Of a DNA stretch of 64,000 bases, positions 35,295-45,626 are shown in pieces (the first letter of the stretch is position 1; each line of letters opens with the position of its first letter). The notes under the pieces were generated by a model. That model was given only the letters and a program-made list of their open reading frames with translations, did no database searches and had not been told where the DNA came from. The DNA is from a virus (taxonomy: Duplodnaviria; Caudoviricetes), in IMG/VR virus record IMGVR_UViG_3300005512_002353; one strand, written 5' to 3'. Made by a program: the position numbers and the translations under genes.

Positions 35295-37064
35295 TTAGAC
35301 AGTCTCTACGTCGTTACCGTAGGTAGTAAAGCCATTTTCCTTGGTAACGGTCATTATGTTATTCACACGCCCTGCTAGTTCGTCTTTGTGTGATACAAGC
35401 CATATTGACTTGTTGTGTTCTCTTGACATCTTTTTAAGTATGGCCAATGCTGACTCAACGCCACTAGCATCCATACCAGAGTCAATCAACTCATCAATGA
35501 ACAGCAAGTTGATAGGATCATATAAACTTTCATACACATCACGGAATGACCATGACAGTGAAAGTATCAATCTATTACGCTCACCTCTAGATAGGTTGTC
35601 AAAATCTAACTCACGGCCAAGTTCAGTTATCTCAACTGACAGATCGCTAAGGAAGGTGACTGTGTGTGGCAGTCCGATCTTGTCTAGATAATAACTTAAC
35701 CGTGAATTAAGATAACTCAAGTTTTGGTCAATGATACGTTTACGGATAAATGAATCCTTGTTGGTCAACAGTTTTTGTAAGAACTCCTGGTGTTCTCTTA
35801 GTTTAACTAGATTATTAATCTCATCGTAGTTGAGTTCTTGTTCAGCAGTTTCTTCCATTTCCTGTATTTGTTCTTGGTATGGATCCACTTCTTCCTGTTT
35901 TGATTTTAACTGTGCTTCCAGTGCTGTGATTGAACTTTTATGTTCAAATGCGTCCTGCTCATTAAGGTAAAACACTTCAGGTGCAAAGCCAACATCACCA
36001 AGCTCTGATAATGCGTCTGTGAGTTGCTGTAAGGTCGCTGTGTGCGTTTCTACATCTTCTTTGACTCTGACTAGCGTTGCTTGTTTTTCTTCTAACTGTG
36101 CTTCGTGTTTGTCGTCATGTATTTCTTGTCCGCAACTGTGACACTTGTGTTCTTTTAACAACTTGATGTCTTGTTCTAACTTAACAACGTTGCCTTGTTC
36201 ACGTGTAAGATCTCGCTCTGTTCTTGTGATAGCATCTGTGATGTCATCATGATCTTTCTTACGTTGTTTAAACTTAGCAAGTTCCTTATGATTGGCAAGT
36301 TCCTTGTCAACATCAATCTCTTCAAGTTTTGCCAGCCCTGCTTCTAGATAGTCGATGTCATCTTCTTTTTTCTGTGCCCAAAGTTTTTGCCTACGCTTCA
36401 TAGACTCTACTTGTTCTTTTAATTTTTCGTTGGCATCTTTTTGAGCTTCTATTCTTATCTCTTCTTCTTTGATTCGATCTCTGGTTTCTTTTAAACGTTC
36501 TTTTAGTGCGTCTGCTTTTTCACTTAGTAAAGTAATACCAAGTAACTGTTCGATAATATCTTTTTGATCGTTGGCTCTAAGGTTAAGGAATGGTTCTGTG
36601 TAGGTATTTAAGGCAACCAAGTGTTTGAACATCTCATGGCTCATGCCCAGCATGTGTTCTATCGCCTTTTGTGTCTCTCGGCTATCACCCTGTGCCATGT
36701 CTGTGATCTCTTGTTCGTCATCACCTACAAAGAAACGCATGACATTTTTCTTACGTCCGCGTTCTATTTTATATATTTGCCCGTCGTGCTCAAAGTCCAA
36801 TGAAACTAACATGCCTTTTGAATTAGTCTTGTTGATCAAGTTATCACGCTTGATATTGGTCAGTGCTTGACCAAACAGTGCGTATGAAAGGGCATTGATT
36901 ATGGTAGTCTTACCAGTGCCATTACGTGCACCTGAGTCGTCTCCACCTAGATCAATGTTAACTCCCAAAACCAAAGTTAGGTCGTTGCGATCAAAGTTAA
37001 CTGCCTGCGTGGCATTACCCACACTCATAAAATTCTTAACTGTAAGTGTCTTTAGTTTAAACAA
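35295..37064 (-). CDS. Recombination nuclease ATPase subunit (gp46 / SbcC-Rad50-like)
   Basis: KNFMSVGN, NGTGKTT Walker A, CHSCGQ Zn hook, LSRGE signature, LLFIDE Walker B, VSH. Confidence 0.95.
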   Translation of the reverse strand: MFKLKTLTVKNFMSVGNATQAVNFDRNDLTLVLGVNIDLGGDDSGARNGTGKTTIINALSYALFGQALTNIKRDNLINKTNSKGMLVSLDFEHDGQIYKIERGRKKNVMRFFVGDDEQEITDMAQGDSRETQKAIEHMLGMSHEMFKHLVALNTYTEPFLNLRANDQKDIIEQLLGITLLSEKADALKERLKETRDRIKEEEIRIEAQKDANEKLKEQVESMKRRQKLWAQKKEDDIDYLEAGLAKLEEIDVDKELANHKELAKFKQRKKDHDDITDAITRTERDLTREQGNVVKLEQDIKLLKEHKCHSCGQEIHDDKHEAQLEEKQATLVRVKEDVETHTATLQQLTDALSELGDVGFAPEVFYLNEQDAFEHKSSITALEAQLKSKQEEVDPYQEQIQEMEETAEQELNYDEINNLVKLREHQEFLQKLLTNKDSFIRKRIIDQNLSYLNSRLSYYLDKIGLPHTVTFLSDLSVEITELGRELDFDNLSRGERNRLILSLSWSFRDVYESLYDPINLLFIDELIDSGMDASGVESALAILKKMSREHNKSIWLVSHKDELAGRVNNIMTVTKENGFTTYGNDVETV

Positions 37065-38081
37065 TTATAGATCTCTGTAAATTTCTAACAACATTTTGGG
37101 ATCATAGTGATCCGACTCTATTGATGTTAACTGATTTGTCACGATGGTGTCAACTGATTCGAACTTCAACTCGCCTGGTTCTGCTACCGATTCCATGATG
37201 TCCTTCTTGACTGGAATTAATGTTAGTTCTCTCAATTTATACTTGCCTACGAACTCCTCACGAATGAAACTTGCTTCTTCATAACTAATATCAATATTCA
37301 AGTTTACACGGATGTGCATCTTTTCTTTCAGTAACTCTTCTGGATTGTTTAACATCTCATCTAAGTTGTAGACTCTGTATCGGGGTTGTTGTGGCCATGA
37401 ATGATACACGGGATCCTTACCCCATTCAACGATGGTCATGCCTCTGTCATCATCACCTGCGTCGGCATAGTTGTGGGGAAAGCAATTACCAGTATAGATA
37501 ATATTATTGTGACTTTGTCGTTTATGGAAGTGTCCTGTATACACATGTTCTAGACCACGGAAGTCTTCACGCTGTATCTCACCTGTGTCTGGCATCTGCA
37601 CCATGGCATTCATAAAGAAGTGAGGTAACTCTAGATGTCCAAAAGCATACTTGCCTTCCATCTTTTTAACTTTCTTTGCTTCGTCACCTACCAGCCAAGG
37701 TATGAATTGGACATCGCCTTCTGAATAGAAATCATTCATGATGTGGACGTTCTTGATGTGTTTGGCCCAGGCCGCTGACTGTATGTCACGCTTGTCTCTA
37801 TAATATAAGTCGTGATTGCCTGGAATGAAGAACACACGATCAAAGGCATCTCCCAGTAATTCTAATGCCGTTAGGCTATAATTGAGTGTGACGATATTGA
37901 TCGCGGCACGATTGTTGTGCCAATCGCCCATCATGATACAGGTGTCACAACCTTCCTGTTTGGCCTTTTCAATGAACCATTTAACGAAACCAAGACAGTC
38001 CTCGTTGTGTGTTGTGCTGTTTGACTTCAGTCCAAAATGGATATCTGTAAGGACAGCCGCCTTTTTAAATAGATTCGCCAT
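37065..38081 (-). CDS. Recombination nuclease subunit (gp47 / SbcD-Mre11-like)
   Basis: TDIHFG, GDWH, PGNHD, GHLE, GHFH metallophosphoesterase motifs. Confidence 0.95.
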   Translation of the reverse strand: MANLFKKAAVLTDIHFGLKSNSTTHNEDCLGFVKWFIEKAKQEGCDTCIMMGDWHNNRAAINIVTLNYSLTALELLGDAFDRVFFIPGNHDLYYRDKRDIQSAAWAKHIKNVHIMNDFYSEGDVQFIPWLVGDEAKKVKKMEGKYAFGHLELPHFFMNAMVQMPDTGEIQREDFRGLEHVYTGHFHKRQSHNNIIYTGNCFPHNYADAGDDDRGMTIVEWGKDPVYHSWPQQPRYRVYNLDEMLNNPEELLKEKMHIRVNLNIDISYEEASFIREEFVGKYKLRELTLIPVKKDIMESVAEPGELKFESVDTIVTNQLTSIESDHYDPKMLLEIYRDL

Positions 38082-38096
38082 AACCTTCCTTAGTAG

Positions 38097-39014
38097 TTAT
38101 TTTGACTTTTGTTTTTCTTTCAGCTTTTCTCTTTGTTTCTCGTAAAACTTATCTTCTAGTTTAGCATCAGTGCCAGCGTTTTGTCTAGTCCAACTTGGAT
38201 TCAATCCGTTCATTTCTAAGATATCATCTCGGATTGATTGGTTTTTCTTTTCAATGTTAAGCACACGAGTAAATGAATTGGTAATGGCCGCAGTGTAGTA
38301 GGCAAATGGATTGTCCGATTTTGACTCATCAAACTGTAGTCCAATTTGTGATAGTTGTAGTAATGCTTGTCCACGCATTTCTTCATTATATGTGTATCCA
38401 CGCCAGTTTGAACGGGTAGCATAACGCTCACACAGTTTAATAAACATGTGTGCCAGTTTGTTGGTCATGGTGCCGTGATCTTTTGAGAACTTGCCTGTTT
38501 CAAAATCGCCCTTCCAATGGCTCTGTCCTACTTTATACGGATTTCCGTCATCGTCGACTCTGTAGTGCTGGAATGGAGGAAAGTTGACCTTGGCATGCAC
38601 TTCATCATCAATGCCGTAGTCTTCTTGTTCTCTAGCTTCATCTAGATCATCAAACATTTCCTCAATCTTAGCACGTTTCTTTAATTGTGCTTTGGTGGGC
38701 TTTTTAGGCACTAGAGGAATATGATCCCATGTCATTACACGGAATACCAGATCAGTGTCTGCTATCGTTTTAGGATCTAACAGCTCACCCCATTCTCTTT
38801 TATAGTTGTCTATTTTTTTTTGACGTGCTTCTTTAATACGTGTCTTGTTGATCTTTTTAATGTCGGCTACAATGATATCAAAGTCACTGTCTGTTTCGAT
38901 ATTTAAATAGGAACAGTAGGTCTTTTTTGATTTATGAATTTCTTTGAGGATATCTCTGTTGTTGAGATAGTTAACTCTACGTCCGGTTCTGGTAATTACT
39001 TTATCTTCTGACAC
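38097..39014 (-). CDS. Late-transcription sigma factor (gp55-like)
   Basis: NYLNN, NWRGYTYNEEM, FDESKSDNPFAYYT....NSF.R.LNIEKK. Confidence 0.9.
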   Translation of the reverse strand: MSEDKVITRTGRRVNYLNNRDILKEIHKSKKTYCSYLNIETDSDFDIIVADIKKINKTRIKEARQKKIDNYKREWGELLDPKTIADTDLVFRVMTWDHIPLVPKKPTKAQLKKRAKIEEMFDDLDEAREQEDYGIDDEVHAKVNFPPFQHYRVDDDGNPYKVGQSHWKGDFETGKFSKDHGTMTNKLAHMFIKLCERYATRSNWRGYTYNEEMRGQALLQLSQIGLQFDESKSDNPFAYYTAAITNSFTRVLNIEKKNQSIRDDILEMNGLNPSWTRQNAGTDAKLEDKFYEKQREKLKEKQKSK

Positions 39015-39041
39015 TTGATATTCTCCATGTTTGATATAGTA

Positions 39042-39069
39042 ATTATACAGCCGATCCAGTTGGTGTCAA
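39042..39069 (-). promoter_or_regulatory. sigma70 promoter driving the gp55-gp47-gp46 operon
   Basis: TTGACA-16 nt-TATAAT, GGAG SD, GTG start. Confidence 0.8.
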
Positions 39070-39113
39070 CCTTTTTTGGTTACTAACTATTATATTGGGT
39101 TATTATTATCCTA

Positions 39114-39120
39114 ATAAATA
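39114..39120 (+). promoter_or_regulatory. Late promoter for the baseplate operon
   Basis: ATAAATA, GGAG SD, ATG 39139. Confidence 0.75.
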
Positions 39121-39138
39121 GTAGAAACGGAGAAATAC

Positions 39139-39984
39139 ATGGCTTTATTTAACGACATACTCAACGCCGTAACAGGAGTTCAGAACCAGGCTAACAACAA
39201 TGAAGTTAACCAGGAAAGCTCTAATAACGATTGGCGATTTAGAATACGCTTAGCCGAAGGCTCAGAGGTATTATACAAAGATCCTGGAGCGGACATACTC
39301 AAACCATTAGCTGACACAGATGGTGTGATATTCCCATATACACCACAGGTCATGGTCAACTATCAAGCAAACTATAGTGAGACTACTCCAACACATTCAA
39401 ACTATAAACAGTATTTCTACCAATCAAGTCAGATATCAGACATACAGATCACAGGAACATTTACAGCACAGTCCACACGAGAAGCAAACTACTTATTAGC
39501 CGCAACGCATTTCTTCCGTTCAGCAACCAAGATGTTTTATGGACAGGATACTAACAGAGGAACACCTCCACCATTGGTGTTCATGGAAGGCTTTGGACAG
39601 GATCAATTTAACGGTCAACCATGTGTGATACAACAGTTCAACTATGTGCTACCACCAGACGTAGACTATATCAGAACCAGTCAAAACTTTAAGGCAGACG
39701 CAGGTATTGATACCAGCGAACAGCGTATAGCACGTAATGGATATAGATCACCTTTGATTAGATTATTTGAATTGTTTTCTGGACAGGGCATTAACAAAGG
39801 TGCAGAAACAGGATATTATGGATCGAGAACGGGTTACCTAGACAGCAAAGATTCAAGTCATGTTCCTACTAAAATAGAATTTATGTTAACTCTACATCCA
39901 ATGGTATCACGTAGCAGACAGAGTAAAGAATTCAGTTTAAAAGATTATGCAAATGGCTCTGGCCTTAGAAGAGGGTTCTGGTAA
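39139..39984 (+). CDS. Baseplate / tube-initiator protein (gp48/gp54-like)
   Basis: GVIFPYTP...HF.RS.TKMF.G...PPPLV..G.G; first gene of the baseplate operon. Confidence 0.6.
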   Translation: MALFNDILNAVTGVQNQANNNEVNQESSNNDWRFRIRLAEGSEVLYKDPGADILKPLADTDGVIFPYTPQVMVNYQANYSETTPTHSNYKQYFYQSSQISDIQITGTFTAQSTREANYLLAATHFFRSATKMFYGQDTNRGTPPPLVFMEGFGQDQFNGQPCVIQQFNYVLPPDVDYIRTSQNFKADAGIDTSEQRIARNGYRSPLIRLFELFSGQGINKGAETGYYGSRTGYLDSKDSSHVPTKIEFMLTLHPMVSRSRQSKEFSLKDYANGSGLRRGFW

Positions 39985-40283
39985 TGGCAACATATTCAGC
40001 AAAGTCACCTTATTATGTGACTAAGAAAAAAGATGGGTATTTGGATTTTATGGAAAATCGTAAAATACCTAAATACAGTGACGACAAACAATTCACAGTA
40101 ACACAGACATACCAATACCGTCCTGACCTACTGGCACAGGATTTATATGATGACTCAGAGCTATGGTGGGTGTTTGCTCAGCGTAATCCGAATTCAATAG
40201 TTGATCCTATCTATGATTTTAAGGTAGGCACTCGAATATATTTGCCTAAATTATCAACACTCAAACAAGTATTAGGATTCTAA
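39984..40283 (+). CDS. Baseplate wedge protein gp53-like (LysM-like)
   Basis: YRPDLLAQDLYDDSELWWVFA.RN...DPI..F..G..IYLP. Confidence 0.85.
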   Translation: MATYSAKSPYYVTKKKDGYLDFMENRKIPKYSDDKQFTVTQTYQYRPDLLAQDLYDDSELWWVFAQRNPNSIVDPIYDFKVGTRIYLPKLSTLKQVLGF

Positions 40284-40284
40284 C

Positions 40285-43029
40285 ATGGCTTTATCTGAAG
40301 CACAGTTAAAGCAGATTGAAAATGAATCTCTGGCCTTAAAAGCCAGGTCTGATCGTATTACAGCACAGATCAACGACTATGTTTCCACAGTTAACTCAGA
40401 TCTAGATCCAAGTTCACAGTATGTCACTGATGGTAAGGCCCTAGAGGCAGAAGCAGTTGACACCCTGGGGGCGTTAAATGACTTTTACAATTCATCCACA
40501 GTATTAGATGGACGCAGTGATCTAACAAGTCAGACGAGAGTTAACGAAAGTCTTGACACCATCAGAGGCTCAAGAACACAGACTTCATCAGCATTAGAAG
40601 ATGTTCGATCAACACTGGCAACAGTGGGCACTGCAGAACCAGATCCAGAAGTTAGCACTAATTCAGCAGGAGAAATCATTGGCGAAGATGCTGTTAATAG
40701 AACAGAATTTGCTAATACACAGAATCCACCCACCGAACCAGAACAAGGCGGCCTAGCAGTTGAAACACAGTCTAACGCAGAAGAAGATCAATTTAGATCT
40801 ACAGCATTAGACGATGGTGCAACACGAAACGCACAGTCAGAAGATTCGGACGGCGCTGATCAAACCGCAGGCACCACAATACTGTCAACTGGACCAATTC
40901 GAGTTTCTAAGGGATATCTGGCAGAAACTAAGCCTCAAGAAAATGTGTTGAGTCAGTTTGCATCATCAACATATTCAGTGACGATCTACATGCTACGCCC
41001 TGAAGAATATAACACACTGTTAGGACATTCAGCAGATGCCAACACCACCGACATTAACACTGCGGAACTTGCCCAGGACACAAAGAAAGTAGAAGGATTT
41101 AATGCTATATTGGCCAGTGGCGGCTTGCCCAATGGTGGGTTAGATAACTTAACTGGTGATCCATACACCACAGGTGGTGCTATCAGAAATAGATATTTTG
41201 ATCTAGATTACTTCATTGATGATATCCAAATTGACACACTCTTGCCACAACAGGTCCGTGGTGCGTCAAACGCAACTAGTTTAAGTTTTAAAATCACAGA
41301 GCCATATGGTTTTACATTTTTAAATAGATTAAAATTAGCCAGTGAGGATTTAAATGGTAGCCTAGGTGGCAAGGATTGGATCAAACAGCACTATCTCATG
41401 GTCATAAGATTTTATGGTTACAAAGATGATGGAACCCTGTCCACAGATCAGAAAAACGTGCTAAGTGACGAGCCTATAGAATCTAGATTCATTCCATTTA
41501 AGTTTACTAATATTACCACAAGAGCCGCAACGGGTGCTGTGGAATATGATTGTCAAGCGGTGCCAATCAATCATTTCGAAGCAATGAGTCAAAAACGTGC
41601 ATCAATTAAATATCAGGTTGAAATAAACGGACAGACTCTTGAAAACTTATTTAATGGTAAACTAAGTCAAACGGCTGAAGGCAGAGTTGTCAGCACTGGG
41701 CTTGTAGAATCAATCAATAATTATTATAAAAAATTAGTTGAGGACGGAGTAATTGATATAGCAGACCAATACGAAGTTCAATTTGATTCTGAAATAGGCA
41801 AACAAAAAATAATTCCACCGGGTTCAACCAAGAAAAACAGAACGCCAATGGCTGACCCTGGTTCATTTAATCCTGCATTACAATCGGTGCAGAAAAATAG
41901 TCTTACGATGTCAGTTAATGCTGGCACACAGTTTCAACATTTTATTGATCAGGCAGTGAGAACCAGCGAATGGATCACAAAACAACAGACAAAGTATATA
42001 GATCCAAACACTAGAAAGCCTGTGGTCAGGACGTCAAATAATTTATTACAGTGGTATAGGATCACTAGTTCCTCTAAAACCTTGGGCTACGACAACAAGA
42101 GAAAAGATTACGCATACAAGATCACATATTATGTGGCAAGAAGTGGTGTAGGAGATGTTAAATCAGCATTCTTTCCTAAAAAGCCATTCAATGGTTGCCA
42201 AAAAAGATACAAATATTGGTTCACTGGAGAAAATACGGAAATATTAAATTACGAAGTAGACTTCAATGCTCTTTACTATGTGTCATCAAGTCCAGATGTT
42301 GCTCCTGATGTCACAGACGTAGGCACAGTGGGAGAGACCACAAGCCCTGGACCAGCAGACCAAAGCATACAAGGCGGTGCTGATCTGTCTGGGGATCCGG
42401 CGGCTCGTGCGGCATCAGTGTTATATTCACCTACTGACTACGCAACATTAAATTTAAAAATACTGGGTGATCCTTTTTATATACAACAGGGCGATATATT
42501 CTATAGAAGTCTCCGAGGCCCATTGGATAATAATCCAGGATTCCTGCCAGATGGTTCGGCAGATTTTGATTCAGGTGAAGTCCTATTAGAAGTTGATTAC
42601 AACACCATAGAAGACTATAATGAAGTAACAGGTGAGGCTAAACCTAGACCGATTGAATTAAAGTCACCGGAAGAAACAGCAAGAACTGTAACAGACAGTG
42701 GTATACAGTATAAAGGATTAATATATCAAGTAACACAGGTATCCAATAATTTTTCAAAAGGTATATTCACACAAGACATACAGGGTGTCCTAAGACAATA
42801 CCTTAGTGGAGATCCAAAAGGAAAACAAACCACAGAAGAAGTAAAACCATCTACCAGTAATGTTTATGGCAGTGTGGATATGGCAAGCCAGCAAGTGGTA
42901 ATACCACCAATACTAGTCCAACAACAAAAAACTTCTACCACGACCTCTTCCAATATACAGTCAACCCAAACTGCATTTGGCAGTAATCAGGCACCAACTT
43001 TTGTGGCACCGGATGAGGATGCAGGTTAA
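40285..43029 (+). CDS. Baseplate hub protein (gp27-like) with long N-terminal extension
   Basis: Lies between the gp53-like and gp5-like genes; I.EPYG, L.ILGDP, G.Y.V..V...F..G.FTQ motifs. Confidence 0.6.
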   Translation: MALSEAQLKQIENESLALKARSDRITAQINDYVSTVNSDLDPSSQYVTDGKALEAEAVDTLGALNDFYNSSTVLDGRSDLTSQTRVNESLDTIRGSRTQTSSALEDVRSTLATVGTAEPDPEVSTNSAGEIIGEDAVNRTEFANTQNPPTEPEQGGLAVETQSNAEEDQFRSTALDDGATRNAQSEDSDGADQTAGTTILSTGPIRVSKGYLAETKPQENVLSQFASSTYSVTIYMLRPEEYNTLLGHSADANTTDINTAELAQDTKKVEGFNAILASGGLPNGGLDNLTGDPYTTGGAIRNRYFDLDYFIDDIQIDTLLPQQVRGASNATSLSFKITEPYGFTFLNRLKLASEDLNGSLGGKDWIKQHYLMVIRFYGYKDDGTLSTDQKNVLSDEPIESRFIPFKFTNITTRAATGAVEYDCQAVPINHFEAMSQKRASIKYQVEINGQTLENLFNGKLSQTAEGRVVSTGLVESINNYYKKLVEDGVIDIADQYEVQFDSEIGKQKIIPPGSTKKNRTPMADPGSFNPALQSVQKNSLTMSVNAGTQFQHFIDQAVRTSEWITKQQTKYIDPNTRKPVVRTSNNLLQWYRITSSSKTLGYDNKRKDYAYKITYYVARSGVGDVKSAFFPKKPFNGCQKRYKYWFTGENTEILNYEVDFNALYYVSSSPDVAPDVTDVGTVGETTSPGPADQSIQGGADLSGDPAARAASVLYSPTDYATLNLKILGDPFYIQQGDIFYRSLRGPLDNNPGFLPDGSADFDSGEVLLEVDYNTIEDYNEVTGEAKPRPIELKSPEETARTVTDSGIQYKGLIYQVTQVSNNFSKGIFTQDIQGVLRQYLSGDPKGKQTTEEVKPSTSNVYGSVDMASQQVVIPPILVQQQKTSTTTSSNIQSTQTAFGSNQAPTFVAPDEDAG

Positions 43030-43037
43030 ATAGCGAT

Positions 43038-45185
43038 ATGGCAGAAAACGTTAATAGAAATTTAGGTAGAGGCACAGGCTTTCAATTAGACAAGGGCGGT
43101 GCAGTAACCGAATCGGGTCCTTTTATAGGCGTTGTCAAAAACAATATTGACCCTACACGTTCGGGACGCATACAGGTTTTTATTGAAACTTATTCAGGAT
43201 TAAAAGAAGAAGATCAGGACAACTGGAGAACCTTAAACTATCTTAGCCCGTTTATGGGTGTGACCAATCAGAACAATCAAAACTTTGGCACTGATGAAAC
43301 AGGTGATTTCTTTAATAGACAAAGTTACGGTATGTGGTGGTCAGCACCTGATGTTGGCACCAAAGTATTATGTTTCTTTGCCAATGGTGATCCTAACCAA
43401 GGTTACTATATAGGTTCAATTATGGAGCCAGGCATTGGCCACATGCTACCCGCAATTGGCGCTACCAATAACTATGTTAAAACAGGCAATTGGGGCGACT
43501 CATATAGCAAACTACCAGTAACTGAAATTAATGTAAAATCCCTAGACATCAGCGAAGACCCTCAATTTTATAACAGAGCTAAACCTGTTCATGACGTATT
43601 GGCAGGACAACTAGCAGTCCAAGGCTTATTGAGAGACCCTGTCAGGGGTCCTATCAGCACTAGCAGTCAACGTGAAACACCTTCGAAAGTGTTTGGATTC
43701 TCAACACCAGGTCCTGCTATCACTGTTGATGCTAATAAAGTTAACACATTGGCCAGACTGGGCGGACACAGTTTAGTAATGGATGATGGTGATACCGACG
43801 GCAACGATCAATTAGTTCGTATTAGGACATCAGCAGGTCATCAGATCACACTCAGTGACAGTGGCGAGTCAATTTATATTACACATGCCAATGGACACAG
43901 TTGGGTTGAATTAGGTAAGGAAGGAACGCTGGATGTATTTTCTACTAATTCAGTTAACGTGAGAACCAAGGGTGATATTAACCTACACGCCGACAACGAC
44001 ATCAACATGTATGCAGGCAGAAACTTTAATGCGTTCAGTAAGGCTAATATGCGGTTAGAATCTACAATAACAAGTATTCGCAGTGAAGCAGAATTAAAAT
44101 TATATTCAAAATTAAAATTAGTAGCACGTTCAGATAATATTTTGGCCTTAGATGCAGAAGAAATAGGATCATTTGATGGGGGCGACAGTCTAGTATTTTC
44201 AGCAGACTGTATTTCACTTAATTCGGGTGCAGGTGTTCCTGTGTCTGCGGCCACTGCTATAAGAAAAAATAAAGTAGCAGAAACAGATTTCAAATCAGAA
44301 TGGACGGCAGAAGGTGGAAAACTAGAAACTATTGCCACAAGAGTTCCAACGCATGAACCATGGCCATATCACAACAGAGGAATACAAAATTCTGTAGACT
44401 ACACAGGCTCGTTAAACACAGAATTTCCTCAATATACCACAGAGGCTCTACAGACTGCGGCACAATTCTCACCTGATGGTATTGCCATTGATGATTGGAC
44501 CAGTGTGGAAAGAGCAACAGTTGAAATTGGCACACTGAATACTGATCAATTAACAGGCATCAAAGCACAGATTGCTAAAAATACTGCACAAGATTATCTA
44601 GACTTTAGCCTAGCAAAAGGTGCAGGTAAGTTTGGTCTATCAGCAGAGCAACTAGAACGTGCAGGATATCTAACACCAGGCACAGTAGCAAACTATCTCG
44701 GCGACCCTGCAGACACTGAACGACTATTAAACAACACTAACTTCTGGACAGAAAAAGATGGCATCAGTGACTTGCCAGCATTCTTAAATTCAACGTCAGC
44801 CCAAGAGTCAGCAGTGCAGTTGACCATGCAGGACAGTTTCTCAAAATTAAGATCCAATGGTGTGTTAAAAGGCACAGAAGCACCAGGAGACCTAGGCGGT
44901 ATACTCACAGGTTCAGTGGAGTATGGAGTGGACAATGCAGTTAAATGGGCCAAAGGTAGAGATCTAAATTCAGAAACTAAAAATGGAATATCACAGGCTG
45001 TGAGAGATGGACAGTTTGCTGTGGCATTTACAGATGAAAAAATATCTACCACAGTATCAGCATTTAGCTCACCTGGTGGATATTCAAACACGATCAATGA
45101 TCAAGGTGTAAAAGATTCTGTTAATGCAACCATTGACAATCCATTGATTACTGGATCGTCTGGGCCAACAATGACATCTTTCTAG
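43038..45185 (+). CDS. Baseplate central spike (gp5/VgrG-like) with C-terminal extension
   Basis: GVVKNNIDP..SGRIQV, P.VGT.VLC.F.NGD OB-fold; GH.L.MDD...RIRT..GH.I beta-helix; PTHEPW. Confidence 0.85.
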   Translation: MAENVNRNLGRGTGFQLDKGGAVTESGPFIGVVKNNIDPTRSGRIQVFIETYSGLKEEDQDNWRTLNYLSPFMGVTNQNNQNFGTDETGDFFNRQSYGMWWSAPDVGTKVLCFFANGDPNQGYYIGSIMEPGIGHMLPAIGATNNYVKTGNWGDSYSKLPVTEINVKSLDISEDPQFYNRAKPVHDVLAGQLAVQGLLRDPVRGPISTSSQRETPSKVFGFSTPGPAITVDANKVNTLARLGGHSLVMDDGDTDGNDQLVRIRTSAGHQITLSDSGESIYITHANGHSWVELGKEGTLDVFSTNSVNVRTKGDINLHADNDINMYAGRNFNAFSKANMRLESTITSIRSEAELKLYSKLKLVARSDNILALDAEEIGSFDGGDSLVFSADCISLNSGAGVPVSAATAIRKNKVAETDFKSEWTAEGGKLETIATRVPTHEPWPYHNRGIQNSVDYTGSLNTEFPQYTTEALQTAAQFSPDGIAIDDWTSVERATVEIGTLNTDQLTGIKAQIAKNTAQDYLDFSLAKGAGKFGLSAEQLERAGYLTPGTVANYLGDPADTERLLNNTNFWTEKDGISDLPAFLNSTSAQESAVQLTMQDSFSKLRSNGVLKGTEAPGDLGGILTGSVEYGVDNAVKWAKGRDLNSETKNGISQAVRDGQFAVAFTDEKISTTVSAFSSPGGYSNTINDQGVKDSVNATIDNPLITGSSGPTMTSF

Positions 45186-45200
45186 GTAATAAATACTACT

Positions 45201-45575
45201 ATGGCAACCTACTACGGATTTAACACAATAGATCAAAATAAGAAATTTCGTTTAGAAGACTATGAATTAGTCAAACGAGATGTGCTTAACAGTCTATTAA
45301 TTAAACAGGGTGAAAAACCTGGTAGACCTGACTACGGCACCAATGTTTGGAATATTATCTTTGAACCCATGACTGATGAAATCATGCGTGAAATTGAAAG
45401 AGAAATTAAAAGAACAGTGGGCCAAGATCCTAGAATTAAAATAGAAAGATTATCAGTATTTCCAAAAGAAAATGGCGTCTTAATTGAGATTGACGTCACA
45501 GTATTATCAACCACAGAAGTGCAACGTTTAACGTTGTTCTTTGATCAAAATCTAAACACAGTTTCAGCACAGTAA
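45201..45575 (+). CDS. Baseplate wedge subunit gp25-like
   Basis: D.ELVKRD.LN......GE....PDYG...W..IFEP...DPR. Confidence 0.9.
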   Translation: MATYYGFNTIDQNKKFRLEDYELVKRDVLNSLLIKQGEKPGRPDYGTNVWNIIFEPMTDEIMREIEREIKRTVGQDPRIKIERLSVFPKENGVLIEIDVTVLSTTEVQRLTLFFDQNLNTVSAQ

Positions 45576-45626
45576 TAATATACGCAGTTATCTAAAGTGA
45601 TAAATATTGGATAACAGAGAGATATT

